Source: Orbicella franksi (lineage: Eukaryota). Taken from it: a stretch of 64,000 nucleotides of DNA. The notes beneath the pieces are model-generated. The model was not told where the DNA came from, made no database searches, and saw only the letters and a program-made list of their open reading frames with translations. Positions 63,054 to 64,000 of the stretch are shown in pieces. A program made the position numbers and the translations under genes. The number at the start of each line of letters is the position of its first letter. Position 1 is the stretch's first letter. The stretch lies in contig OZ116701.1 of NCBI GenBank assembly GCA_964199315.1, positions 14,632,001-14,696,000 of the forward strand, in the 5' to 3' direction.

Positions 63054-64000
63054 TTAATCTCATTTAGCAATGAGATTAATTCTCAGTATAAACAGCTTCT
63101 TTCAATGAAACTGCGATTAGGCGTTCTTTTTCCCGCAGGTTACTAACAATTTACCTCTATGAAGTAATCAATCAGTAATTAGAAGAGTTTTTTTCACTTA
63201 CAAGTCCTGCGCAATGACATTTTAGATTTTTTAAAAATTTGCAGTGCAACAGATTTCTGAAATCGAGCCGATTTTCATCGTCGTATTTCAAATAAGGAAA
63301 AGAAAATTGGGCTGTCAAATCGCAGAGAGTAAATTTGCTAGAGCCAGATCGGGTCGACAAATCGTAGCAAGTAAACCGGCCTTAATCGAGCATGCTCAAA
63401 TCAATAACTTGAAAGTGATAACTGGCTTAACTACGGCGGGTTTACGGGTGCGAATTAATAATAATAATTAAGTGATATCATAATGGTAGCTACCTTATTG
63501 GGCCTCATCACCTTCCTTGGCGGCTCAATGCTCTCTTCTTCAAAGCTGGACATCTCTAGCAGGTTTTCGTTGCTCCACTCGATGTCTTTTGAATTCAGCA
63601 CGCTCTCGTCATCTGCAATAGCAAATCGTAAGTTTAAATAATAGTAATTATTAGCACTGATTATGGCATCAAACAAAAACAAAAACAACAACAATTTTCA
63701 TGGTGGTGACGGTTCATGGTCCCTTCGCCCCATGGTCATTTTGCCCTAAACAAAATAATTTTTTAAGGTAGCTCAAAAAGTTGAGGTTAAGGTCGTATTT
63801 CGAATTTTCAAATCAACAAGTCTTTGAAAGGTCGGCACGCAGTGCCGGAAGAAAAAAAGTCTCACCTTGAATTAACATAAGTTCACACATTACACGTGGG
63901 TAGGTGTGGCAAGAAAACAACAATACAGTCTTCATGAACAGAAACTACACGCGCAATAAATCAAATACATTTACACTCAATAAAAAAGGTTTTGAGGGCA

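Overview
Eukaryotic, AT-rich window that is almost entirely nested, decayed transposable elements. The repeat content looks cnidarian/anthozoan (inference), and no intact host housekeeping gene is evident. The main structure is a 24.9-kb element (12935-37856) bounded by 28-bp terminal inverted repeats beginning CATGACG. It is inserted in a PIF1-type helicase gene and carries a multi-exon, GT-AG-spliced RAG1-core/Transib-like DDE transposase pseudogene with a probable Ulp1-like C-terminal extension. Nested inside it are an L2/CR1-type LINE fragment, an ISL2EU half, a three-LTR gypsy, a MITE-bracketed DIRS/Ngaro cassette and a Penelope-like element with a minimal hammerhead ribozyme. Elsewhere the window holds a DD37E Tc1/IS630 pseudogene, a complete ISL2EU (THAP-DDE plus SWIM-YqaJ-PHD-Ulp1), a TTAA-flanked foldback element and an RT-deleted L1/Tx1 flanked by a 454-bp duplication. 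It also holds a Mutator-like/Kolobok-type transposase, an LTR-tRNA-LTR junction, several MITEs and a spliced BEN-domain gene. All protein family calls come from motif recognition by eye; no database search was run.
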